A stretch of DNA of 64,000 nt from NCBI GenBank assembly GCA_011109175.1, contig RDEW01000017.1, positions 1,030,671-1,094,670 on the forward strand. The letters are read 5' to 3'. A program made the position numbers and the translations under genes. The notes below the pieces were generated by a model. The model was not told the DNA's origin. It searched no databases and saw nothing but the letters and a program-made list of their open reading frames with translations. This document shows positions 1 to 15,110 of the stretch, one piece after another. Source of the stretch: Dicyema japonicum (Eukaryota; Animalia; Dicyemida). Each line of letters begins with the position of its first letter. Position 1 is the first letter of the stretch.

Positions 1-2329
1 TCGTCATTATAGTACCTCGTGGATGGCCCTGACCAGTCTGTCTCCAGGCAAACAGTCAATTGCAAGTGGGTTTCCCCCACCCCACTAAAAATAGACATAC
101 AATTTTGCGCAAAAAAGAAGGAAATCAGACAGGCTTGGAGCGACGTCAACGAGCAATGGCAGGACACCTCCTTCTATAAATCCTTCCAGTCTGTCAAGAC
201 TGTAATTATTGTCAGTGAATTCTTAGAAAATGAACATGAATGACTATGACAGATACAAATACATGAGGGCCAAGCAGAGCATGAACAAACTCATAAGGAG
301 GAAGGTCAACTATCTCAAGTCACTCAAAAGTGGTGTGAAGACCACTCCGTATAAGGGGAAGACTGCTGCTTAATTACTTTCTAACTTGTTATATCCTATA
401 TTTGGAGTGTTATTTCATGTTCGGAGTTATTTGTTGGTTTTACTAAAAATTGGGAGATCGTCCTTATTCTCTAATTAGGTAATGGGTGGTTTCCACAGCC
501 ATTGCTTCTTCACCAATACCAACTGTATCTCGTCGGCTGGACTAGGACAAGCGAGTATCGCTCAGACCTTTCAATGATACAGCAACATGCACTCTGGTTG
601 AAAACTATATTTCAGGTGTATTGAAGCCAGTTAGTTACTTAAGTGGCAGATTTCATGTTAAGTCATCGCTCAGACAATAAGAATCATATTAACTACTGTG
701 CTGTTCTCGAGATCTTCTAATTGTGCCATGGATGAGATTTAAATCAGAATCCCTCGTGAATCCTACGTGTTCTGGTTTTAGATGTCTCTAAATACTTCAC
801 CACCAATGCACACGAAATAAGGAAAGTACGAGATTCCAGATATTTTGAGGTAGATCAAGTCAACACTACCAGCCGTTCTTTTGATATGCTAAAGATACCG
901 ATGACCAACTCCCCGAAGAAGGAATTAGTTGCTCCTTCTGCTCAGGCTATTACCACCTCAGCTGTATTCGTTTGTCTCTGGCATTGGACGTTCGTTATTG
1001 TACTGCCAGAACTGCCTTCGGCCACTCTGAATTTCCACATCCCCCATACTCTGCATGCTATCCGCACGAGGAAATATTACCTGCTGAGAAGAACCGCCTA
1101 CTGTTCATTTTCAAAATACGGGGGACGTGAAGAATCGCTATGAAGATCCCAAAGCATGCTCGGTATGCCGTCATCCCGTACCTTGCCCGACTGAACTACC
1201 ATGGATAATGGTTTTCTTTCACTGGTTCTCGGACTACTCCATGCGGACCTGTTGAGTCAAACTCCTTCGTCCGTCATTGAGATAAAACCTTAGTTTTTCC
1301 TTGTCCACTTTTCTCTTTTGCTGATACTTCCGAGACCAGACAAGACTGCTAGTCTAGTCCTACTCCTCACAGCTGTTGACACTGTGGCTATCCCCTGTCC
1401 TGAGCTACTCGACTCCTGAAGGCGAAGCATCGTTGTTTGCAGAACGATCTGTGCCGACTCGCCATTCCGGCGGTAGCGACTCAGGTCATCACAGAAGAAG
1501 ATGTACAAACTGCCATCGGTTCGGCTGCTGTAGTGGGGGAATGAATGATCTCAATTCAACCTAAGTTAAGGACCTTACTTTAGCTGTTACGGGAGAGGCT
1601 GGAGAGAATATTTTTCGAGCTATCCACGGGCTTGTTAAAAGGATGTTGAAAGGGACATTGCTGTTTTTGGCAAGAGATCTTTTTTTTCGAAACAAATAAA
1701 TCTTCTCACCTTTCTCGTACCCGATGGGGGTCTGTCGATTACTATCGGAGATTACTTCCCCCTATTATGTTGGAACATTGCCACAAACCGCTTTTTTACG
1801 AATGAATGCACAACTTGGGTGTCAAATTGGACATCTTTTTGCATTCAACACCGTTAGGGGCGGTGCTTCTTGGAGGTTGATCATTTCCGTCTTGTGTTCA
1901 GAGAAGATGTCACCCACTCACTGTTTTTTGAGACCGATTGCATGATTCGTTTAGGACTCAACGTTTTGAGAGCCCACATGTGTTGTCGTGAGGATATGAA
2001 TGATCGGAAAGTAACATCATTTTCTTTCAGGAGTGCCGGAGGATTCAGTCAGACTGCCCTTAACAAGATCTTCAAACATGGTTGGAGCAAGCTGAGTTCC
2101 CGTCTTTAATTGAGCCTCTCAGGTTTGACTGTGTGGTGGAAGATATTTTGATGGGATTAACTTCTTCCTTTTTTGCATGGAGGATCTCTAATGTGGGGTG
2201 TGATATGCGTTACCTCATTCACTGCTTCACGTTTTATATTGACAGTTCATTTTGTCTCCCCAAATGCTGACTCTGGTGATTGAAGAGAATTGAAGAAGTA
2301 TTAAGTCCCTGGAGATCGTATACGTCATG

Positions 2330-2830
2330 TCCAATCTTCTTCTAAACCTTTGGAGTGGTCGAGAGCGGTTGTTCTCAACCTTTCCAAGATGTCGTCACAC
2401 TTATTGTTCTCAATTGACATCCGCAGTGCCTTTGACTCGGTCTCCAGAAAAAGATCTGATACGTTGCGAGAACATTTTCCTTCAAGCATTTTCAAAAAAA
2501 TTGCTGGGGAAATTTAAAGATCCTCAAGCCGGTCGCTATCCACGCTGTACACCCAATTCATCCCCATACTGTAAATATGGCTGTGTAAGAACAAACATGG
2601 ATAAGATCAACTCCCTCAATCCAGTATGACCAAAAAATCTCTCAAATCACGGGACTAACAATAAGAGCAAACCCATTTGAGGTCTTCACGAGGAAGTCGG
2701 GCGGAATATTCACCCAAAATGGAAAACCGCCAAAGAACGGTACTATCGAAAATGTGTCGGTTCCCGAAAGCAACACCGGGAAAAGATGAGAACATTACTG
2801 AGAGAAGCCGGGATCACCTGATGGCGTTTT
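2330..2830 (+). mobile_element. Collapsed jockey/I-like LINE remnant (RT fragment joined to C-terminal end)
   Basis: RT motif LSIDIRSAFDSVSRK at ~2410-2455. The C-terminus ends gagaagccgggatcacctga (..AGIT*), as in the copies at 20.6, 47.3 and 54.9 kb. Large internal deletions. Confidence 0.65.
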
Positions 2831-3239
2831 CCTTTTAATTAGTGTTGTAAAGTACAAGATCATCGGAGAGATCGAGTTTACCAATTTTGGAAACTTCTTT
2901 AATCTTCGACTTGTGCCAAACTGAGAAAAAGAGATTTTCTGAAGCTAATTTCATAAAATGTATTTTTTGAGGTCATTAATTCCCCTCTTAATCAGAGTTT
3001 AAAATTTTTGATTTTAATAGTTCACCACTCATCCACTGAGGAATATCAAAATTAATCCTGAAAACGAAAAAAAGGTAATTTTTAGTTCTATTTTTGTTTT
3101 ATTGTAGGAGTCTTGAAATATCCCTTCTTAGTTTTTTAAAAGTATTCACTAACTTTGTCAAGTTTAGACGAATGTTTGCTTCGACAACGCTACAATGACT
3201 TCATTTGACATAGTAATGTTGAATATTAGGCATTGCTTC

Positions 3240-4620
3240 ATCAACGGGAGTTGGAATAAACACAAATGGTAAGAATCGTTCCTCTTTCATGAGAATTTGA
3301 AAAAGCGTGGGTTATTTGCGTGTATCGACGGCTTCTATTGATGATTGGTGGAAGCGCTCGGATTCCGAGCCGCAGAGAGTGATGATTGCCGTGTTGTCGA
3401 ATAGTGGGGGGGGACAGCTGAGCAGAGAAATTTGTTATGCGGAACATTTTTGCTCTTAGGGAATTTATTTTGTAAAAGTTTGAAATTGAAATTCCGTAAG
3501 CCCAGGAGACACAGGAATACTCCACAGTCGGCTTTAAGAGCTAAAAGACGGCGGCGCATTCTTGACGACTGGATCCTGGAGTTTAGAAATGTGGAAAGTT
3601 GGTCAACGTATGTTAGAAGTATTGAATCCGGACATCCAGGCCAGGGTCAGTCGTCTAAGAACAGGTTATTGGAAACACCATTTGGGAAGAGACGGGATCT
3701 TGAATGTACACACGTCCCTCTCGTTCGGTGAGAAAATTGGCTATCCATCGTTTTAAAGTCGGATCAATTGAGGCGTTGAAGCCTTTTTTGTTAGAAGGAT
3801 GCTCTGGACTGAATTAAACGCCTTTTATTTAGATGGGGGTTGTGATTCTTTGATTCAAACATTTTATATACCTCATGTCAGATAAGGTAAGGGGTTGGTT
3901 CATCTTCGAGCGTTCCTCTTCTTCATAAGGGACGATTTTTAGAGTCGATCGTAGTGTTGTAGCCTTTATACACTGCTCGGAGGATTACACGGTTTGGATG
4001 TAGTGTCGTGTCGATAGAATCAATGTGCAAGGATCAAATCCCATAAGGTTACGGTCAATGAATAGCTTGAAATTTGGGCAGTCAACAATTAGATTACCTC
4101 TCTTGTCAACCGATTGAGTAGCCAGTAATTGGGAGTGTTTGGCGTTAAAGTCACCACATAATACAATGACCTAAACCATTAATGATATCAATCGAGATTT
4201 GTTACGGTCCTGTCATGTAAAAATATATTCTCCACTCGTCTGCTCACATCAGAGTAGGTCAAACCGTTTTTAATGATGGAAGTAGTCCACTTCCAAGTCG
4301 GTCTTATCTGATGACGGTGTATCCAAGAAATCTCTATATGGCAGTAATGTGTCAACTCTTCTAAAAAAAGCAATTCACATCAAATTTAAAAATTAAACTC
4401 CCACACATCTTTATTCTTTCTCAGGAATTTTAACTTTACGCCTTTTTCTTCTACGGAAAGCCTCATGTTTCACGGACATGAATTTCTCGAGAGCAATCGA
4501 CAAGAAGCTGAGGACTGCCGTTAAAGAAACACTCACTTCTTTATAAATCTGACTGGATTCAATGTAAACTACCGCTTCGCTACTGAGGAATAGGAGTACG
4601 CTCACTAGTTAGGCTGCATG
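3240..4620 (-). mobile_element. Internally deleted jockey-like LINE (APE, RT and C-terminal parts)
   Basis: APE motif CGDFNAKH at ~4140-4170, RT segment RWIANFLTER..NGVP at ~3680-3750, and EYSCVSWAY..KINSL matching the 54.5 kb copy. Confidence 0.7.
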
Positions 4621-4803
4621 CCATATTCCTTGTCCCTATTTCTAACAAACAGGATGACTAAATGGACGGACAGAATCACTCTAGGAGATCACAGACTGAC
4701 AATGTAATTTAGGTCATCTACAAAACTGCTAAACTAGCTAACTTAGTTCAAGCCTAATCGCAATACAATTACACAAAATATAAATACAAAAATAATTAAA
4801 TAT

Positions 4804-6522
<1,719 letters not shown>

Positions 6523-6689
6523 GCTTAATATCGAATTATTTACTAGTCACTAATTGATCCCCCTCTAGTTCCCACCAATGTCATGAACATCTTATGACAA
6601 AGGCAAACCCATCGAGGTCCTCGGGTGGAAATCAGGCGCCACCCTACGCGGAAAATCACCCGAAAAAAAATTTAAATTATTATTGAACC

Positions 6690-7050
6690 CCCGAAAAGGA
6701 ACAGCATGAAGAAGGAGTTAAACCGGCTAATTAAGTGACCCCGGTATTCAAAAAATAGGCGCGTGTGGTTTTCCCAATGTATCCACGTGGATCCTTTGCT
6801 TTCCCATACTTCCAGTGTTCCTCTAATTTAAAGAGGTGTTTATTTTCTTTGATATATGATTGCGGAGGAGCGGAAGGAAGTGAAAAAATCGAAGGAGCGG
6901 AAGGAAGAATTGACGTCCACGTTACGTCGAGAACTAATTCCGACCCTCTCGATTCTGCTACAGCCAAGAATCACTCTTCCAGTCGTGTCAATATAAAGTT
7001 TTTTTTAGATTTGCCTCTTGGTGGTTGTCCATAAAAAATCAACTCTCGAC
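6690..7050 (-). mobile_element. 3' fragment of jockey-like LINE
   Basis: ORF ends ..AYFLNTGVT*, followed by a 3' UTR (taattagccggtttaactccttcttc..cgggggttcaataataat) homologous to 54880-54930. Confidence 0.65.
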
Positions 7051-7779
7051 GGTGCCTAAATCCTCTTATATTTAGATTTTACCCCCTATTGACTTTTTTG
7101 GGAGAGACTATGACTATTATGATTTGAATATCCTTATAACTGAGTATCTAAGAATAACAAATTTGGAGGGCAACGAGGTCGTCAGGAGATCCCGGCATCC
7201 CTAGCTAGCTACTTACTTTTCCCGCTATTCGCTCCGAGATTATACACACTTCCTGTACGCTCGTGTTACACGTGGAAGGTTATGAGGTTTCATTCAAACT
7301 CTCATTTTCATCATAAGGGACTAGAATGGAGTTGGTCTTAACAGCCAAGTTGAGAACCTTCGTAGTGTCTCCGTGATTGTAGCTTAAAGATCATCGACCT
7401 TCATAGATTTGATTGACAGGTTTGTACCTTATCTGAGTAATTAAAATTATTTGACGAACAATTCAAAACCCCACGTGCAGAATTAGTTGCACATTGTTAC
7501 TGATTATGGCACGACTATCAACTGTTATAGAGGATTCACTCACTGGACAAAGAGATGAAGGCGGAACAGACAAGAACGCGACTGGCTAAACTCAGAGGAG
7601 ACATCGAACCAGACATCAACCAAAATCAAGAAACAGAACTTTTCGCGAAAGCCAAATACTCATTACTCAACACAGGCAGGATGCACACTTTGTAGAGTAA
7701 GAACAGTTCCGTAGAAGAACCATCGAATGTTCTAAATTTTTTAACTTTTTCTGTGTCCTTTTAGATAATCCGGTTTCTT

Positions 7780-7880
7780 AGTGATGTATTCACTAATGAC
7801 GGAGTCACTCGTCAATCCAAAGCATCACAAGTGCTTGGAACCTTCAGCCGGAATGTACAGGAGATTCGAACTGGACCTAT
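7780..7880 (-). mobile_element. Degenerate copy of the tRNA-derived SINE (central part and B box)
   Basis: aatgacggagtcactcgtcaa..ggaacctt..gattcgaac aligns with the SINE at 48749-49068. Confidence 0.7.
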
Positions 7881-7949
7881 CATGATTCTGGAAGGCACAT
7901 ATGACACTGCGCCATAATCGAACTCAACTTAGCAAAATAATTAAATAAG

Positions 7950-8300
7950 CGATCTTCAGTCCACACAAGAAATTGTGAAGACATCTCATTTCACAAAGAT
8001 CAAAAATACCACGATCCTAAGTCATTAGAGGTGATCTCCTAGAGAGCCGAAACGCAATCTCGTCAAAGCTCGAAGATCCCTGAGAGCGGCGTTAGTTCCG
8101 AGAACATTTCAGATTGAGCATCAATGATGACGCAAAAGCGACTTCAACCTGCTTTCTTCCTGGGAAAACTCCAATTTCTTTCATCCCTTCTATTATACAG
8201 GAAAATCTCAACTCCCTTAAAAATGACCCCACGTGGCTAGGAAGATCTTTTTGTGTCAATACCTTTAAGGCGATTAAACAGAAATTAGATCAACATTGAC
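7950..8300 (+). mobile_element. CRE-like retroelement fragment
   Basis: 8170-8240 resembles 19228-19285 (atcccttctat..gaaaatctcaactc..aaaatgac). Confidence 0.4.
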
Positions 8301-8593
8301 GTGACTCCACAAGTGAAAGCGGTGCGTAGTTCTGGGCATTTCTTTGTGGATTGCTCAGAACACTTGGACGACGCTTCTGGTTCGAGCTCAATGGTTGCAC
8401 AAACCATTGGTGTTGACGTTAAAAGACTTCACAAACTCTTCTGAAGAAGTACTAGAAGTAATACAAAGCACAGGACGATGAATGAAGTAATTGCGAGGGG
8501 GCTTATGGAGGAAAGTATAATAAGCAATCATGGAAATTGTGATCACCTAATTAGTCAGTCATCATTTTCTTCAGTTAATTTCTTCTTTAATTG

Positions 8594-8667
8594 TTAAGTG
8601 TATCCAGTTTCCACTTCTGCAGAAACAAAAAAATTAAGTGTATCCAGTTTCCACTTCTGCAGAAACA
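8594..8667. repeat. 34-bp perfect direct repeat separated by six A residues
   Basis: ttaagtgtatccagtttccacttctgcagaaaca occurs at 8594-8627 and 8634-8667. Confidence 0.95.
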
Positions 8668-9128
8668 GATTTGGTAATAGTAAAGGTTTTTGAAAAGAAA
8701 ACTCACAAGCCACAGTTAGACGTTCAGATGTATATTTGTCGTAAATATCTTTGTTAAAATAATTTACTCTTTCGTGAAGGACAAAAGTAAGTCTTCCGGT
8801 CGTCCTAGGAAATAACTTGAAAAACTGGATAAGTGTTGAAATCCACATCTTGACTTATTGAGGAGCTCTAGTTAAAAATCAGAAAACTTAAGAAATTGGT
8901 ATACAAAATTGTATCGTTTGCTGCACATGCGTGGCTATAAAATTATGCTTCTCAAGAAAGTGCTTATAACTGTCCTCACTCTACCCAAGAAACAATAAGC
9001 GAGTCATCTCTCTACAAAAATGTTTTCCTACAGAGAAGCAGATGGTGGCTGACAACACAAAAATGATCATTACACAAAAATTAATGTTATTAAAAAATCA
9101 TTTCTTTATAAAAAAATAAAAATATAAA

Positions 9129-11162
9129 TCATAAAGGTACACATCCATCCAACAAGAGATCAGCATTTTCTCTGTTTACGATCAAAGGAAGGTTATCCTA
9201 AAAATAAAATAGTAATAATACGTGAAGTCCATTGATTTTAGAGACATAGCACTCCATCAACTGCTGTGATTGAGGTAGTGAGTTAATAAATTCAACTACA
9301 ACACTCCTCCAAATTCTGACCTTCTCCACCCTTTCTTTAAAAGACGCAGAGGAATAGGACTCCAGGGTCCCGACAAAACACCTAAACTTTAAAAGTGCAA
9401 AAACTTAGAAGCAGCGTTATCAACAGCGAATAAAACTCCCCCAAGTGAATAGTCGATCGAATACGTTCAAAAACAGCAGAAAAGAAATTTAACTGAGGAG
9501 GAGTGAACAAGTCATAAACGTGGACAAAATGCCTGAGAATATCACACAAATCTGCCAAATTCTGGGCGACAAACAGAAATAGCACCAATTCGACTGTATT
9601 CGAATCAGCTTTATTGAGAAAACAACGCATTTTCCCATCACCTAACATAAAAACGACATACATACCAATCATTTGGATCAGAATTGGGGTCACTTTGTGC
9701 CAAAAAGGTCCACATTGGCGATACACAGCTCAAGAATCATACTTCTAACACATCCGTCGATGTCCTCACACAATAAGGACAGAATTTCTGGAACCAGGTC
9801 CACCAGAAGTCTACAGTAAATAGAAAGGATAACGGATGACGCGCAAAGAATTCACAAGCTGACAAAAACAAGTCTTGTGGTGAGGACTAAGGATCACCCG
9901 TTCATGGAAAACTGCAGGAATAATGACCGAATTCAAATCTGGATAACTAAAATGTCTCACCTGGTAAATTAAAAGACAAGATATTTTCAACAAAGAGCAA
10001 TCAAAAGATGTGGTTACTCCATAAACTATCAGTAGGACTTGAAAGAAGACAAATCTGGGACAAAGGCATGTCCCACAACTCGACAAATATGCAAATTGAG
10101 TAAAACTATCTTTTTGGACTAAAATCAATAATACGAAATACAGCAGTCTTATTCTTTTGTTTGAAGGGAAAATCAACGTGCTTTACGACTCCTTTGTACA
10201 AAGTTGAGCCATTGAGAGGGATTTGACCCACTATAGTCGAGCATCACATCAGCCATGGAGAATAGCTGTGTGAGGAAAAGACCATAGTCTGATTCAATGT
10301 CTAAAATTCCTCATAAACCGCAACCAATTTCATCAGTCCGTTACTTCGGAGATTTGTGTGCCAAATCTGAGTCAAAATCTCCACAAACTCAGAAATACAG
10401 TTTCGGCAGCCAAATCATCAACTCTTAGGAAGAAACAATTTCCAGCACTAAAATGGTTAATTTATGGATACAAGTAATATTTCTTGTCCTCAGCTTGTGA
10501 TGTGGGGATAAAATGCTTAAGGAACCGGGAAATCGTTGAGATCACATTCGTCAACTGCGAGTTATCAAAGGACCTGCCGATCTTGGCCAAATTTATCATC
10601 AGTTTGAAGATTTTAACGTTCATCCGACTTCCAGTTTTGAAAACAGGCAGGAGTAAATCAACCACCCCAAGGTATCAAATCTAACGGAATGTGACACATG
10701 GCTTAGAGAGCATTCAAGGAAATTTCCAATTTTGTCAGAAAATGGTTCCAGGTTCACCTTTTTGACAAGAGTGGTTAGAGTCTTCCGAAAATTACGCCTA
10801 ACTGAAGACTCCTCGTCGAAGATGGCTGGGAAAAATGAATCAATTATTTGACTGACGTGGGGAATCAAGTTTGAATCGTCAAAATTGGGGAAAGTGTTAA
10901 GAAAATTGGACAAATTTAAGATTGCGTTGTTTTTGAGTTTGCAATTCTGATTCTTTAGTCTTGATAGAATGTCCTAGCAATGTTTATGAGAAAGTACAGA
11001 GATTCTGTCGGTTGTTGATAAATCCCTATCATATTGATGTCTCAGCACTATTTTTGCAGTTTTAAATTTCCCTTTGGTTTCGTTCACATTTTTTGGCAAT
11101 TTTTTCCCAAGTTTAATCTTGGTTTTTTTACTTTCTGCCTTCTTCCTTTTACTCTTCGACAT
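9129..11162 (-). CDS. TEX10: TEX10/Ipi1 (Rix1 complex, pre-60S processing), multi-exon
   Basis: The N-terminus MSKSKRKKAESKKTKIKLGKKLPKNVNETKGKFKTAKIVL matches TEX10/Ipi1. It is followed by an Ipi1_N-like region (IIDSFFPAIFDEESSVRRNF..LECSLSHVSHSVRFDTL). Introns are 23-24 nt; the last exon ends DGCVPL* at 9129. Confidence 0.85.
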
Positions 11163-12109
11163 TTACCACAACACGTAAATCTTTAAACGTGGTTAAGTTT
11201 AAAAATCGGTTGTGTACAATTAAAATTTTTAATTAAATTTAAATTTATTTTTTAAAAATATTAATTTCATTCATAATTTATATTATGATCAAACGATCAC
11301 ACAATTGGGATAAGGAAACTCAACTGGTTGAATCTGATGTTTTCCCCTGTCTCTTCAATCGCAGAAATGCTTGGTTATATTCTATAAATAGTTCTTAAAA
11401 AAAGATAGCGAGGTTAGAGTGTCTGGATTCTTTTTGCATGGTTATTACCTCTAAGGACTCTTAGGGAAATACGTTGGAATAACATCACCTTTTATGGAGA
11501 TTGATTACCATAGCGAGTTGAGAAGTCTTAACCCTCCACCGTGCAAAAGAAAAAAAATAAAGGTCAAGGAGTTTCAGATGTTTCTACATGATGATGAAGG
11601 TTTAGGCTAACAGTTGCAAAATTCTGGGAGTCGTTTAAAAACTTTAATCAATTAATCCTTTAGGCTTTCTTAATTAACTTTATGAAAATTACTTCATGTA
11701 AAAAATCAGACAGAACAAACATTTTGATGTAAAATCAACAAAACTTTCACAAAATGAGGCAAATATTACACTTTAGGAGTCGAATCAGTATTTGTAGTGT
11801 TCCCTAAATTAAGAGATATAAAAAGCCAATACCATAAAATGAGACAGTAGTGAAATTTATGTGATCAAATCACGATTTGTTAGCGACTTCAGAATTAGAA
11901 AAAATCGAAAATTTACCTTAACAAAATGATACGAACTTTGCGTTTATTAAACCATCTACTATTCCCCTGTATTCAAGTATCCTTAAGTTTATGACGAGTG
12001 TCGGAAATAATGTTGAGTCCATGACTGGTAATGCTAATGGTCCCATGGTTTAATACAAATTCGTAAATCAGTTTTTATTTAAACTGATTTTTAACAAACA
12101 TGGAATCAA

Positions 12110-13020
12110 GATATAGAGTTCATCTCTACTTCCAAGCAGCTTGTGTCACTGCCATGTAGAATCTCAGAAGACATCGCCTTGGACAGAAAGAGGAGAGATG
12201 ATTGAGATCTTCAGTGTGCGTAGAAATCCGATTCTTTTACTGACCCATGAAATCGAGCCTCGAAGGCGCAATGAAACATGATATTTCAGCTGCAGTCTCG
12301 CTTTTGCTCATTTGATCTCTAGAGCAGGCTCTTGAGGTACTCTGATGTAAGTTGATAGAGATGAATGTGTCGGTGGAATTTAAGTCCCAGACAAGAGGTT
12401 CCCTATCTTAAAAGTGGGAAATGGGGAATCTCATTCGGTCATTTTTTGTCACGTCTGCATTAGCTGACTGGCTCTAGCATAGAAGAATGTCCGACAGCAT
12501 CTAAATAATGAGATCAAGAAAGGTACCCAAAACTCCACCCGGAATAACTTTGAGTCAGGCACCACTTCTGGAAAATGTCCCCGACAACAAACAATTGAAA
12601 ATTTCGCACTTATCTCTAATCAGTTCCAGACCAACTTCAGACAAGGCAGGAATCAAAACTTCCAGAGCACAGAAAACCATCTCCGAGGGTCCTTTAACGA
12701 CTGCATTGTTAAGTACCTGATGTTTAGAGGGGACCGAGGAAGTTTATTAATTTTCTCTATACCAAGGGAGAATAGAAGAGGTCCTAAGAATCATTCTGTT
12801 GTACCCCGGATAACGAAGAAATAGAGTATATACCGAATAGAAGAGATGATTGCTTTCCGTAGCATTGGTCGACCATATCGAAAGTGTTGGGACATCTATC
12901 GGTACTGTCCTCCGAGGTTAGTCCCTTCTCAGACTGTTGAATGCATTATTTATGTACAATTTGACGAGAATATGCTTTTGGAATCTCAATACTGCGGTTT
13001 GTGAAAATATGGGCAGAGTG
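12110..13020 (-). mobile_element. CRE-clade non-LTR retrotransposon remnant (RT and RLE)
   Basis: LVKLYINNAFNSLRRD and SGVQQNDSLGPLLFSLGI, followed by an RLE-like LVWDLNSTDT segment. Stops and deletions present. Confidence 0.75.
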
Positions 13021-13899
13021 AACTGCAACCTCACGTCCGAGACGATATCCAACTCAGACTTGAGACGGGGTCCGGGGTCCAACAGGATGACCCATAGGAC
13101 CTCTTCTATTCCCCAAACTAACTAATCCCATGAGCCCTTATCTAGTGATCTAGAGGATATCATCCAGTAATCCAAAAGTTCTCGCAAGGGAGTGAAACAT
13201 CTAAACTCGTTTGAATAGCAAGCGGTGCTTTAAAACTGTTTCAAAAAATGTAGTTTTCAATCAAATAGTTATAAAGTCAAAAAATTCCTAGGTTCTCCCT
13301 CTACGATTAGTCATCATAACTGTTTTTTGCTTAAAACAAATTGTGTGTCCCGTCTGGAGGGAGCTATAGCTAATATGGCTTTTCGTAAAGTGCAGTATTA
13401 GTATTACTTAAACATCATTGAATTGTTCGTTGAAGAAAAATCTCAAAGTAACAGGTTATTATTTTGATTAATATCCACAGGCGTTAATTTTGTTAAAATA
13501 TCGAAGTTTTCATCCCATCAACCGACTCCTGGATCGATAAGGTCTCTACGCTTTTGTTGAATCCGACTTTCCCTTAGATTTGATTGACGAAACCAATATT
13601 CGAGGACAAAAATATATGAATTCCCTTATCGGAAAAATTTCTGACCCAAAAATATTTCTAATTTCGTCTCACTGATTGTTTTCTGTGGCAAACCTGCCGA
13701 GATGGTTGATGATCTGCTAAGGGATTTATTCGAAAATTTTGCAGTCTCCCATTGCATACTCAATTCATGCAGGCCAAATGGAGACCTTGTCATCAAAATT
13801 GACTTTTAATTAAATTAATTTTTCTTGCAGATAATAATAAATTCAAAAACGATTAAAATTATGAAATTCTAATTCAATAAAGTCGAGATATACAACAAA

Positions 13900-15110
13900 A
13901 CATTCAAATACAACCCACCACTGGATGTGGGTAATGGCACACTAATTGCACTACAAAAACCGGGCAAAGCTAAAGACCCCTTAACGAATTTAAGACCCAT
14001 CGTACTATTGACGACTCTACGCAAGACACTATCACTTATAGTGCTGAACAGGATTGGATCTGACATCGAGAACTTTCTCTCTCACGGTCAAAGCGGATTC
14101 AGGTCAGGGAGATCTACAGCTGATGTGGTCTGGGGACATCGATGGCTTTTTGCAACACATCAAAATTACAAGGGGGCTATTGGCAACCTTGGCATGGACA
14201 TGTCCAAAGCCTTTGACTCTATACACAGAGGGAGACTTTTGGATATCTTGGAGAAGTTGGTTGACGAGGACAGTGTCAGAATGATCCGCCTATTACTTGG
14301 AACAACGCAGCTAAGTGTACGTTTTGGAAATTTGGAGTCTGTCCTATTCGAGACAACGTTCGGGGTACCGCAGGGAGATTCCTTGTCACCGGTACTTTTT
14401 GTGACATATCTGGAGGCGGCACTCAGAGACTTCAGACTATTAATTGGCGATCTACCTCAAACTGAAGTGATTTATGCAGATGATATCGACTATATATCCA
14501 GCGACGAGAAAACATTAAACTATATACGGACAAGGATGCCAGATGTCCTAGAAAAATGGTTCATCAAAATCAATACGGAAAAGACGGAGACAACTACCAT
14601 ACGCCGTGAACTAACCCGAACTGATGAAAAATGGAGATACTGTAAAAAATTGGGGTCGTTGCTCGGAGACGCTGAGGATATCACTAACAGGAATAGATGC
14701 CTTCCATCGTAAGCAACTCCGACTGTTGCTTGGCATCAACTGGCCGAAAAAAATTACAAACAAGAATCTATACAAAGTATGTAGTACAAGACCATTGAGT
14801 CTGGATATCCTGGAATCAAGATGGCGTCTGTTTGGTCACATCCTTCGAATGAGCCAGATGACGCCTGCTAAAATAACAATGGAACTATTTCTGCCCAAAA
14901 GTGAATACCTCGTTCCGTGGAAGACCTCGCATAACTTTGCCAGAGGTTCTACACAAAGACCTGACCAATGTAGGACGAAAGCTGAAAACTGGAGATGATC
15001 TGGATACGCTCGGAATAACTGCCTGTAACCGCGGAGCATGAAGGAAGTTAGTTAAGAGAATTGTGGAAAAAAATAATCTGAAGAAAAATACGGCACAAGC
15101 ATCTATTAAT
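13900..15110 (+). mobile_element. 5'-truncated RTE-clade LINE (RT and C-terminus)
   Basis: A 261-aa ORF contains NLRPIVLL, QSGFRSGRST, DMSKAFDSI, GVPQGDSLSPVLF and YADD, then SRWRLFGHILRM. There is an internal deletion near 14690. Confidence 0.92.

Noticed and set aside
1-2330. Short ORFs and retroelement-like composition at the window start
   Set aside because: Only a weak CRE-like piece (~1565-1680) was recognisable, and no family or gene model could be supported for the rest.
7588-7611. KLRGDIEP as another 2A motif
   Set aside because: It lacks NPGP and no APE start follows.
9029-9038. tacagagaag as a U6 snRNA core
   Set aside because: Flanks do not match U6 and a 10-nt match is expected by chance.
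13050-13110. GPMGHPVGP (minus strand) as a Penelope-type RT motif
   Set aside because: It is a single short motif with no supporting RT or GIY-YIG blocks.
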